DNA from: an uncultured bacterium
GTDB lineage: Bacteria; Verrucomicrobiota; Kiritimatiellia; CAIKKV01; CAIYGI01
Reading direction: 5' to 3'
NCBI GenBank assembly: GCA_903925685.1
Contig: CAIYGI010000186.1
Span: 1-57,773, forward strand
DNA: 57,773 nt
In this document: positions 1 through 8,333 of the stretch, one piece after another
Position numbering within the stretch: position 1 is the first letter of the stretch
How the letters are laid out: every line of letters starts with the position of its first letter
Program-made: the position numbers and the translations under genes
Notes under the pieces: model-generated
Databases searched by the model: none
The model's input: the letters and a program-made list of their open reading frames with translations, nothing else
What the model was told of the DNA's origin: nothing

Positions 1-154
1 GGGCAACCCGCATCAGGACGGGTCTGCCAAAAAAAACTACATTTTACCGTTTTTTAGCTTGCGGACGTCCACGAAACGTGTATTCTTATTTTTGTTGGAG
101 CATTTAAGCCTGTGCTCCAAACCATTTTGCAAAAGGCTCGTACAATAGTTTAAC

Positions 155-1756
155 ATGACAACTACATCGCCCATATCCAATCCATGGCTGGCGGCCTTGA
201 AATCGCGGGAACCCTGGTTTGTAAAGGGCGACTTGGACGGTTTCTTTGGCCTCTTCATCGACAACCTGCTGCAACTGATGTTGATCGGCGTGCTGTGCGG
301 GTTCGTTTGCGGTTTTCCGGCCGGTTTCATCACTTCCGTGATCCTGCCTGGGGCGGCGGTTTCGATCCTGATCGGCAACCTTTTTTATGGTTGGCAGGCC
401 AGGGTGGTGGCGCTGCGGACGGGACGGCGTGAGACCACCGCTCTTCCCTTCGGCATCAACACGCCGAGTCTGGTGGCCTACGTATTCCTGATCATGGGCC
501 CGGTCTACCGCGAGACCGGGAACTGGCATCTGGCCTGGCAGGCCGGCTTGTTCGCCACGTTGATCTCCGGCGTCATGGAAGTCGCGGGCGCCTTCGTGGG
601 CGATTGGATGCGCAAGCATACCCCCCGCGCCGCCCTGCTCTCGGCCCTGGCCGGCATCGCCATCACCTTCATCGCCATGGGCTTCATCCTCCAGATCTTC
701 GCCTCGCCCATGATCGCCGTTCTGCCGATGATGCTGATCCTCGTCTCCTACGCCTCCCGCATCAAATGGCCGCTTTCGCTGCCGGGCGGTTTCCTGGCCG
801 TGATCGTGGGTGTGTCGCTGGCCTGGATTTTCCGTTCCCTCGGCTGGGTTAGCTTCATGACCCCGCAGGACGCCTATGTCTTCGGATTCCATGCCCCGAA
901 GTTCATGCCCGGCGATGCCATGGCCCTGCTGCTTTCGCCGCTGGGCTGGAAATACATGGCCATCATTCTTCCGATGGGCCTTTTCAATGTCATCGGGTCG
1001 CTCCAGAACCTCGAGAGCGCCGAGGCGGCGGGGGACCGTTTCGAGACCAGGCCTTCCCTGCTGACCAACGGCATCGGCACCATCGTGGCCGGCTTTTTCG
1101 GCAGTCCCTTTCCGACCACCATTTACATCGGGCATCCCGGCTGGAAGGCCATGGGCGCGCACGGCGGCTATTCCATACTGAACGGCCTGGTGATCACACT
1201 GCTCTGCCTCTTCGGCGGGTTGACGCTGGTTCTGAAAGTCATACCGATCGAATGCACGCTGGGAATCCTGCTCTGGATCGCCATCATCATCACCGCGCAA
1301 TCGTTCCAAGAAATACCCAAACCGCACGCCCTTGCCGTGGCGCTGGGACTAATCCCGTCGTTTGCCGCCTGGCTGCTGCTTCAGATCGAAACCACCCTGC
1401 GTGTCTCCGGCTCATCGCTTTTTGCGGTCTGGGACAAGTTCGGCCCGGATCTCTACATCAGGGGCGTGGTCTCGCTGAGCCAGGGCTTTATCATGACCTC
1501 CATGGTCCTCTCTGCCGCCGTGGTCTTCATGATCGAACGGAATTTCCTGAAAGCGGCCTGGTGGATGTTTGCCGGCGCGGCCTTGTCCGCGGTGGGACTG
1601 ATCCACGCCTACACCATGACACCGGCGGGCGTGGAAAACAAATTCGGGTGGCTTGCCGCGCCCGATTTCGCCGCCATGTATGCGCTGACCGGACTGATCC
1701 TGATCGGACTGCATTTCTGGCATCTGCCGGCAACGCAATCGCATGAAATCACTTAA
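155..1756 (+). CDS. NCS2 family (xanthine/uracil/AzgA-like) nucleobase permease
   Basis: 533-aa polytopic membrane ORF; GDLDGFFGLF N-terminus, TALPFGINTPS and PTTIYIGHPGWKAMGA motifs typical of this family. Confidence 0.85.
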   Translation: MTTTSPISNPWLAALKSREPWFVKGDLDGFFGLFIDNLLQLMLIGVLCGFVCGFPAGFITSVILPGAAVSILIGNLFYGWQARVVALRTGRRETTALPFGINTPSLVAYVFLIMGPVYRETGNWHLAWQAGLFATLISGVMEVAGAFVGDWMRKHTPRAALLSALAGIAITFIAMGFILQIFASPMIAVLPMMLILVSYASRIKWPLSLPGGFLAVIVGVSLAWIFRSLGWVSFMTPQDAYVFGFHAPKFMPGDAMALLLSPLGWKYMAIILPMGLFNVIGSLQNLESAEAAGDRFETRPSLLTNGIGTIVAGFFGSPFPTTIYIGHPGWKAMGAHGGYSILNGLVITLLCLFGGLTLVLKVIPIECTLGILLWIAIIITAQSFQEIPKPHALAVALGLIPSFAAWLLLQIETTLRVSGSSLFAVWDKFGPDLYIRGVVSLSQGFIMTSMVLSAAVVFMIERNFLKAAWWMFAGAALSAVGLIHAYTMTPAGVENKFGWLAAPDFAAMYALTGLILIGLHFWHLPATQSHEIT

Positions 1757-1817
1757 AAGCTTGCGTGTAACGGCGGAAGCGCGATAGGCTTGGCGCATCT
1801 AATGGAGGATTCACAGC

Positions 1818-2849
1818 ATGGCGAATAAACGCGGCTTCCAGATCGTTGGCGAAAATATTCATTGCACCAGGGTCTTCAAGGTCGGGGGCGCTTTCGCCCG
1901 CCAATTGGACGACGGACGGGGTGTAATCGTTTATGGCGGCAAGGATTCGACGCGCGAACTGACCGTGCCGCCGCTTTACCGAGACGGTGTCGAATGGGCC
2001 GGGGGCAAGGTTAAACATTGCGCGGTCGCCATCTGGCAGGGGCTGCATGGCGACCTGGCCGGCCGCGCGGCGGGCGAGGACTACCTGCGCTACATGGCCA
2101 AACGCCAGACCGAGGCCGGGGCCGCTTATCTCGACTTGAACGTGGACGAGTTCAGCACCGATGCCGATGAAAAGCACCGCGCGATGACCTGGGTGGCGGG
2201 CGTGATTCAGGCCAGCAGTCCGCTGCCGCTGAGCATCGACTCGTCGCAGGCGACCGTCTTGCGCGCCGGGCTGGCGGCCTGCGATCGCAGCCGCGGAAAA
2301 CCCATGGTCAACTCGGTTTCGCTGGAACGTCCGGGCGCCATCGCTGTCGCCGCCGAATTCGGCGCGGTGGTGATCGCATCGGCGGCCAGCGAGCACGATT
2401 TGCCGCATACGACGGAGGAACGTCTGGCCAACCTGGCGCGGCTGATGACCAAGCTGGAGGCGGCCGGCCTGCGCGGCGGCGCCATTTACGTGGATCCGCT
2501 GGTTTTTCCGGTGGCCACCGATGTGCAGAACCCGGTCTCGTTCCTGAACGCCGTGCGCGCCGTGCGCGCGGCTTACGGCGAGGAAATACACATCACGGGC
2601 GGGCTGAGCAACGTCTCCTTCGGCATGCCCGGCCGCAAAATCGTCAATCAGGTTTTCACCTGGCTGGCGCTGGAAGCCGGCGCCGACAGCGCGATCGTGG
2701 ACCCGACCCAGATCAACGCACGCGTGCTGGCGGCGCTGGACACGCAGAGCGAACCGTTCAAACTGGCCAAAGCCTTGCTGACGGGGGCCGACGAATTCGG
2801 CGCCGAATTCATCTCGGCCCACCGCGACGGGCGTTTGGCGGGGGAATAG
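1818..2849 (+). CDS. Pterin-binding (DHPS/AcsE/MetH-like) methyltetrahydrofolate:corrinoid methyltransferase family protein
   Basis: IVGENIH, LDLNVD, PLSIDSS, VNSVS, YVDPLVFP and GGLSNVSFGMPGR motifs; GGAGG RBS at ~1804. Confidence 0.8.
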   Translation: MANKRGFQIVGENIHCTRVFKVGGAFARQLDDGRGVIVYGGKDSTRELTVPPLYRDGVEWAGGKVKHCAVAIWQGLHGDLAGRAAGEDYLRYMAKRQTEAGAAYLDLNVDEFSTDADEKHRAMTWVAGVIQASSPLPLSIDSSQATVLRAGLAACDRSRGKPMVNSVSLERPGAIAVAAEFGAVVIASAASEHDLPHTTEERLANLARLMTKLEAAGLRGGAIYVDPLVFPVATDVQNPVSFLNAVRAVRAAYGEEIHITGGLSNVSFGMPGRKIVNQVFTWLALEAGADSAIVDPTQINARVLAALDTQSEPFKLAKALLTGADEFGAEFISAHRDGRLAGE

Positions 2850-2861
2850 CCGGGGTACGGA

Positions 2862-4118
2862 ATGTCCCGCGTTCTGATGCTGGGATGGGAGTTTCCACCG
2901 CAGGTCAGCGGTGGTTTGGGAGTGGCGTGCGCCGAAATATCCCGTGCTTTAATCAAACGCGGTTTGGATATTCTGTTGGTCCTGCCGCGCCCCGCGCGGC
3001 ATCGGCCCGCGGGCTTCGCTTTGGAAATCGTCACGCTGCAGGATGCCGCCGCGCGCGGATTGACGCTGCCGCGCCTGCGCCTGCGGGCCGTGGATTCGCT
3101 GCTGCGGCCCTATCTTTCGCGCGAAAGTTATCTGCGCCTCGACGCCGCCGTAGCCGCCGATGCCCTGCCGCACGGCCTTGCCCTGCCGCCTGACCTCTAT
3201 GGCTTCGATCTCTTTGCCGAGGTGCACCGCTATGCGCGCTTGGTCCTTGCCATCGCACGTACCGAAGCTTTCGATCTGATCCACGCCCACGACTGGATGA
3301 CAATCCCCTCGGCCATGGCCGTGCGCCATCTCTCCCGCCGGCCGCTTGTGCTGCACATTCATTCCTTGGAGTCGGACCGCGCCGGCGCGCAGGCTGATCC
3401 CACCATCGTGGCGCTGGAACGCCGCGGCATGGAGGCCGCCGATCATGTGATCGCCGTCAGCCACCACACCCGCGACCGGATTCTGAGCGAATACGGCATT
3501 GCGCCGGGCAAGGTCGTCGTCGTTCATAACGCTGTGCCCCACCGCAAACGCCGGCCGGTCGCGCCCGCCGCCGCCGGTCGCCGCCGCAAACAACAGGTGC
3601 TCTTTCTTGGACGCCTGACTCATCAAAAAGGGCCGGAATATTTCGTGCAAGCCGCCGCGCGCGTCTTGACGGTCATGCCCAGGGTTACCTTCATCATGGC
3701 CGGAGCGGGGGACATGCTGCCTTCACTGGTCGAAGAGGTTAGCCGGTTGCGCCTGGGGCGCCACTTTCGCTTCACCGGCTTTCTGCGCGGCGCCGAGGTT
3801 GAGGCGCTGTTTGCCGAGGCCGATGTCTACGTCATGCCCTCGGTTTCGGAACCTTTCGGACTGGCCCCGCTGGAAGCCATGGCCCACGACGTGCCGGTGA
3901 TTGTCTCGCGCGAGGCCGGAGTCTGCGAAGTGTTGCGCCATGCGCTGAAGGTGGATTTCTGGGATGTGGACGACATCGCCAACCAGATCCTCGCCGCGCT
4001 GCGTCATCCGGCGCTCGCGCGCGAACTGGCGCGCAACGGCCGCGACGACCTCAAAGCCCTGCGCTGGACGGTGGTTGCGGAGCGAATCATGCGCATCTAC
4101 CGGAACCTGGGTTGCTGA
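2862..4118 (+). CDS. GT4 glycosyltransferase (glycogen-synthase type)
   Basis: MLGWEFPPxxSGGLG, IHAHDW, FLGRLxxQKG and PSVSEPFGLAPLEAM motifs. Confidence 0.9.
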   Translation: MSRVLMLGWEFPPQVSGGLGVACAEISRALIKRGLDILLVLPRPARHRPAGFALEIVTLQDAAARGLTLPRLRLRAVDSLLRPYLSRESYLRLDAAVAADALPHGLALPPDLYGFDLFAEVHRYARLVLAIARTEAFDLIHAHDWMTIPSAMAVRHLSRRPLVLHIHSLESDRAGAQADPTIVALERRGMEAADHVIAVSHHTRDRILSEYGIAPGKVVVVHNAVPHRKRRPVAPAAAGRRRKQQVLFLGRLTHQKGPEYFVQAAARVLTVMPRVTFIMAGAGDMLPSLVEEVSRLRLGRHFRFTGFLRGAEVEALFAEADVYVMPSVSEPFGLAPLEAMAHDVPVIVSREAGVCEVLRHALKVDFWDVDDIANQILAALRHPALARELARNGRDDLKALRWTVVAERIMRIYRNLGC

Positions 4119-4120
4119 CC

Positions 4121-5269
4121 ATGCCGCGACTTGCCCTGGGCTTTCATCTGCATCTGCCCCATCGCCTGCGGCCATTCAGTTACTTCGACATCGGACGGCA
4201 TCTGGACTACCGCGACGACGCGGTTACACGGGCCGTGCTGGCCCAGACGATCGCCGTCCACTGGCGGCCCGTCCTGGAAACGCTCGAAGCCGGCGTCGCC
4301 GATGTTGGCGGATTTCGCTTCTACCTGGCCTTGTCGGGAACGCTGCTTGACCAATTGGCCGCCTGGGCGCCGGAAGAGCTTGACCGCCTGCGCCGGCTTG
4401 CCGACGGCGGGAAGGTGGAATTCGTCGTTACCCCCGCGACGCAATCGTTGGCCGCGCTGCACGCGCCGCCGGCGGAATTTATCGAGCAGACCGACGCGCA
4501 ACGCGCATGCCTGCGCGCGCTTTTCGGTTTCTCATCATCCACCTTTCGCAACACCGGTCTGCTCTACAACGATGCCCTGGCCCGCTGTCTCGACGAAGCC
4601 GGCTTCCGGGCCGTGCTCGCGCCCGGCAACGCGCGCCTGTTCGGTTGGCGCAAGGCCCAGCGGCCTTTTTCCGCCGCGCCTTGTCCAGCACTGCGCGTGT
4701 TGCCATGCGATCTTTCGCTCGCCGCCAGTTTCAACGCTCATCAGTCCGGCGCCGCCAGGTCGCCGCTGGAAAACTTTCTCGAGATTCTTTCCCGTGCGGC
4801 TAGTCAGAGCGACGGGTTCTGTCTCGACCTGCCGCTGGCGGCCTTCGGCGGCCATGGAATTGGCGATCAATCGGGCTTCGATTTCCTGCGCGCCATCATC
4901 GCCGCGGTGCCCGCGCGCACGCCATTCGGATGGGCGCTTCCCTCCGAACTGACCGCTGGCCCTGTCGCCGCCAGCGTGTCGGCGCCGGAGACGATTTCCG
5001 CCGAATCGCCCTCCGGCGATGACTCGCCCTGGATCGGCAACGACATTCAGCGTGATGCCTTCGATTCGCTCTACGCCCTGGAGGCACGGGTGAATGAGAG
5101 CTGCGATCCGGCGCTGAAGAGCACCTGGCGCATGTTGCAGGACGCCTGGTATTTGCGCGCAATGGACCCCTCCACCGCCCAGCCCGGCGCCACCCCCGCC
5201 GGCGACTCGCCCTACGACGCCTATGTCTCTTTCATGAATATTCTGGCCGATTTCGAGAGCCGCATTTAG
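4121..5269 (+). CDS. GH57 alpha-amylase-like protein, catalytic residues apparently absent
   Basis: HLHLP-x-RLR, LSGTLLDQL, FRNTGLLY (family: FRNTELIY), WIGNxxQ, SPYDAYVSFMNILADF; follows the GT4 gene. Confidence 0.75.
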   Translation: MPRLALGFHLHLPHRLRPFSYFDIGRHLDYRDDAVTRAVLAQTIAVHWRPVLETLEAGVADVGGFRFYLALSGTLLDQLAAWAPEELDRLRRLADGGKVEFVVTPATQSLAALHAPPAEFIEQTDAQRACLRALFGFSSSTFRNTGLLYNDALARCLDEAGFRAVLAPGNARLFGWRKAQRPFSAAPCPALRVLPCDLSLAASFNAHQSGAARSPLENFLEILSRAASQSDGFCLDLPLAAFGGHGIGDQSGFDFLRAIIAAVPARTPFGWALPSELTAGPVAASVSAPETISAESPSGDDSPWIGNDIQRDAFDSLYALEARVNESCDPALKSTWRMLQDAWYLRAMDPSTAQPGATPAGDSPYDAYVSFMNILADFESRI

Positions 5270-5279
5270 GCAGGCATTA

Positions 5280-5657
5280 ATGAGTTGCATTGACTGTATG
5301 CATTCCGTCGGGTCGTTTGTCGCAGCCTGCGGCGCATTCCTGAAGAAGCGCCATTTCGTCATTCTGAGCTGCGCGGCCGTTTTTTTCGCGGTGGCGGTGA
5401 TCGAGCGCCATTCGGGCCGGTCGCTGCTCGGGCCCGACGGATGCTTCGGCTGGTGGGACGGGGATGTCTGGTCCAGCGAGAACTCCCAGCGCGTGGCGGA
5501 CGCCTACTCCTTTTCGCACATTATCCACGGCATGCTGTTTTACGGCTTCCTGTGGCTGGTCGCCCGCCGCCTGCCGTTAAAACACCGCTTTCTGATCGCC
5601 CTGATCATCGAGGCGGGCTGGGAACTGCTCGAGAATTCGCCGCTGATCGTTGAACGT
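5280..5657 (+). pseudogene. DUF2585 (UPF0314) membrane protein, 3'-truncated
   Basis: SSENSQRVADAYSFSHIIHG and EAGWELLENSPLIVER match the family; the frame then runs into unrelated sequence (to 5843) and lacks the YxGDSxxNS segment. Confidence 0.65.
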
Positions 5658-5729
5658 GCTGATGCTTGTGCATCCGGTCCAATCCATCAAGGTCTGGCAG
5701 TCAGTGGGGCATTAGTCCACGGCTGGCGC

Positions 5730-6116
5730 TCATACCAGATCGCAGGCGTCGGGCGGCATCCAATGCGCGTCCTTGCCTTCCCATTTCACATTGCACCCGA
5801 TCGGATTCGTCACCGGCTCGCTGACCGGCCGGCCCGCCATTAGTTCATCGAGCGCGCGGTCCAAGTCGTGGGTCTTGCTGGCCGCCGCATCGCGGGGATT
5901 ATCCAAGCCGCGGCCGGTATAGACCAGTTTGCGCGCCTTGTCGAACACGAAAAAATGGGGTGTGCGCAGGGCGCCATAAGCCAGCGCCGTGTCCTGCGCG
6001 AAGTCGCGCGCGTAAATCCAGGGAAAACGCTGCGCCTTCATGCGCTCCACCATATGCGCGAAATCGTCCTCGGGGTGCGTGTGATGACTGTTCGAGTTGA
6101 TGCCGATCTTGTCCGC
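5730..6116 (-). pseudogene. Thioredoxin-like/redoxin (AhpC-TSA) protein, N-terminal half with CxxC missing
   Basis: [53 protein letters not shown]; homology starts right after the upstream TAG. Confidence 0.7.
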
Positions 6117-6962
6117 CTATAGCAGGTTCCTGCAAAGCGCCGAAAAATCCAGGTCGCCCCAGCCGTTGGCGCGTGCCCGTTCCAGGCAGGCTTCCACCCC
6201 CTTCGTCAGTGGCAGCGTGGCGGCCTTTCCTGCGCCGAGGGCCAGGCGCATGTCTTTCAGCATGTGTTTGACGCTGAACTGCGGACTCCAGTCGCCCTGG
6301 CGCAACTTGTCGCTCTTCAGTTGCACCAATCCGGAGTATCCCACGTTTTTCTCCAGTGCGCCGAAATAGACATCGTCCGCTATGCCCGCCGCCCTGGAAA
6401 AGGTCAGACTCTCGGCCAGCGCTTCCATCTGGATGGCGATCTGCAGGTTCATGGCCAGTTTGAGCGCCGCGGCCTGTTCGATCGTACCGATGCGCAGGCG
6501 CGCCTGACTCAGCAGTGCGAGAACGTCTTCGGCGCGATCGAGATCGGCGGGCTCCCCGCCCAGATAAAAGGCCACTTTTTTGGCCTGCGCGGCCGGTTTC
6601 GAACCCGTGAACGGCGCCTCGACGTAATGCGCGCCTGTTCCGCCGACCAGTCCGGCAAAGCGCTTCGCGGAAGCGGGATCGATGGTGCTGGACTGGATAA
6701 CCAGGTGGCCTGGCCCGAGCTCCGGCAGGATCCCGCCGATGACGGACTCGACGGCGGCCGGATCGGACACCACAATCTGGATGATCCCGGCGCGCCGCGC
6801 GGCTTCGTCCGGTTGGGCTACAAACCTGGGTGCATCCTGACGCGGCGAACGGTTCCAGCTGGCCGCGAGACATTTCGCCGTTTCGTAGTGCGTTGCCCAC
6901 TGGCTACCGATGATACCCAGTCCGAGCACGGCCACATTATCGTTATCTTTCATGGCGACCAC
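6117..6962 (-). CDS. NAD(P)-dependent oxidoreductase, 3-hydroxyisobutyrate/6-phosphogluconate dehydrogenase family
   Basis: VAVLGLGIIG Rossmann motif, WNRS, SSTIDP, EAPFTGS, KLAMN, KDMRLAL. Confidence 0.9.
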   Translation of the reverse strand: MVAMKDNDNVAVLGLGIIGSQWATHYETAKCLAASWNRSPRQDAPRFVAQPDEAARRAGIIQIVVSDPAAVESVIGGILPELGPGHLVIQSSTIDPASAKRFAGLVGGTGAHYVEAPFTGSKPAAQAKKVAFYLGGEPADLDRAEDVLALLSQARLRIGTIEQAAALKLAMNLQIAIQMEALAESLTFSRAAGIADDVYFGALEKNVGYSGLVQLKSDKLRQGDWSPQFSVKHMLKDMRLALGAGKAATLPLTKGVEACLERARANGWGDLDFSALCRNLL

Positions 6963-6974
6963 AATGGAACTGAA

Positions 6975-7346
6975 TCAGGCGGAAGCCAGCGCAGAAATGA
7001 CGGCGTCGTAGGGCGTCACGCTCGCAGGAATCCGGATTGTCACGATGACTACGCTCATGGTCCCATTCCAGTCGCACAGGCTGATCACCGTTGCGCTATC
7101 GGTCTGTGACCCCGGGACACGTTCCCGCACAATGCAACGGATGTTGGAAACCCGAAAAGTGTATGCGGACCCCAAGCCGGTTTCATTGATCGTAAAGAAA
7201 CCTTTGACTGGACACGGCTTCAGGTTGCTTCCTTTCGCCAGGGTGATTTCCGCCGGGATGATAACCGGTTCGGCGGCACATGGCATCTGTCCAATGCAGA
7301 GCACCATCGACACGGCCATCGCACCCATCAACGATCGAGTTTTCAT
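6975..7346 (-). CDS. Hypothetical exported protein
   Basis: GAGGAG RBS 6 nt before ATG; signal-peptide-like N-terminus. Confidence 0.55.
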   Translation of the reverse strand: MKTRSLMGAMAVSMVLCIGQMPCAAEPVIIPAEITLAKGSNLKPCPVKGFFTINETGLGSAYTFRVSNIRCIVRERVPGSQTDSATVISLCDWNGTMSVVIVTIRIPASVTPYDAVISALASA

Positions 7347-7493
7347 ATGCATCTCCTCTCGCGGTAAGGCAAGACCTTGAATTGTTTGTGCAGGCGGTTC
7401 TAGCATATCGCCATGCCCCGCCAATTTACGCGTCATCTTGATTCGCGTCAAGAACACAACAGGACGAGGGAAACTACGCCTTCACCGGCGCGG

Positions 7494-8333
7494 CTACGGA
7501 ATGAAGGACGACAAATTCGAGGGCAGCGGATGGGTTTCGGAGAGTATGGTTGTCAACACGCTGGTGGCGAGGGCGAAACTGGCGGCGAAAGCCAGCAGCA
7601 CCGGCCAGCGCACGCGGGCGCCCTGGACAGCGCGCCCCAGCGTCATGAGCAGCCAGGCGAATGAGAATGATGCCGCCGCGAGCAGTGCGCGCATGTCGCA
7701 GGGCAGCGCATAATGCCAGACGAATACCGAGCGGTCCCATGGCAAATCCGGCCGGCGATTCTTTTGCGCGCCGCTGTATGCCGCCAGCAGATTGCGCCGG
7801 ATGTCGGGGGCCGCGCCTTCGTAACGTTCGGCGCGCTCCAGCGCGCGGCGGGCTTCGTCAAAGCGCCCGGCTTGCAGCAAGGCCGTGCCGAGGTTGTAAA
7901 AAAGCGTGCCATTTTGAATTCCCGCAGCCGCCAGAGTTTCGTAATGCCGCGCCGCGGCGCTGAACTCGGACGGCGTGCGCGCATGCGCCATGGCGGTATT
8001 GGCTTTGTCCCAGAGGAAACGGCGTTCGTCTTCCGGCAGCGCCGCCGCGCGCCCCGGCATGGCAGGCAGCATTAGCAATAGCAGCAGGGACGGCAGGAGA
8101 AGGCGGGTGAGTGGTGAGTGGTGAGTAGGGAGTGGGGAGTGGTGAGTGGTGAGTAGGGAGTGGTGAGGGGGAGGGCGAAGAGCCACGCCGTCACCGGAGC
8201 GGCTACGAGAATTGCGTTGCACTGCGTCCGACGCCTGACCAGTGAGCGATTTACTGAAACCTGAAACCTGAACCCTGAAACCTGAACCCTGAACACCGAA
8301 CACCGAACACCCCTTCCGCCTGATGGTTCTCAT
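7494..8333 (-). CDS. TPR membrane protein (BatE-like)
   Basis: LFYNLGTALLQAGRFDEARRALERA TPR and two C-terminal TM helices; ATG overlaps batD TGA (ATGA); last gene of the Bat cluster. Confidence 0.7.
   Translation of the reverse strand: MRTIRRKGCSVFGVQGSGFRVQVSGFSKSLTGQASDAVQRNSRSRSGDGVALRPPPHHSLLTTHHSPLPTHHSPLTRLLLPSLLLLLMLPAMPGRAAALPEDERRFLWDKANTAMAHARTPSEFSAAARHYETLAAAGIQNGTLFYNLGTALLQAGRFDEARRALERAERYEGAAPDIRRNLLAAYSGAQKNRRPDLPWDRSVFVWHYALPCDMRALLAAASFSFAWLLMTLGRAVQGARVRWPVLLAFAASFALATSVLTTILSETHPLPSNLSSFIP
8105..8167. repeat. Heptamer tandem array (TGGTGAG/TAGGGAG) x9
   Basis: Nine consecutive 7-bp units read directly. Confidence 0.9.
8254..8312. repeat. Heptamer tandem array (CTGAAAC/CTGAACC/CCGAACA) x8
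   Basis: Eight consecutive 7-bp units just downstream of the batD stop. Confidence 0.9.

Noticed and set aside
2-36. Hairpin GGCAACCCG..CGGGTCTGCC followed by an A-run, as a terminator
   Set aside because: The A-run is on the wrong side for a plus-strand terminator, and the upstream context is cut off by the window edge.
6117-6119. Pyrrolysine or selenocysteine readthrough at this TAG (and at the TGA at 36225)
   Set aside because: The stops fall at the natural ends of complete proteins, not at catalytic positions, and no SECIS/PYLIS-like element or decoding genes are visible.
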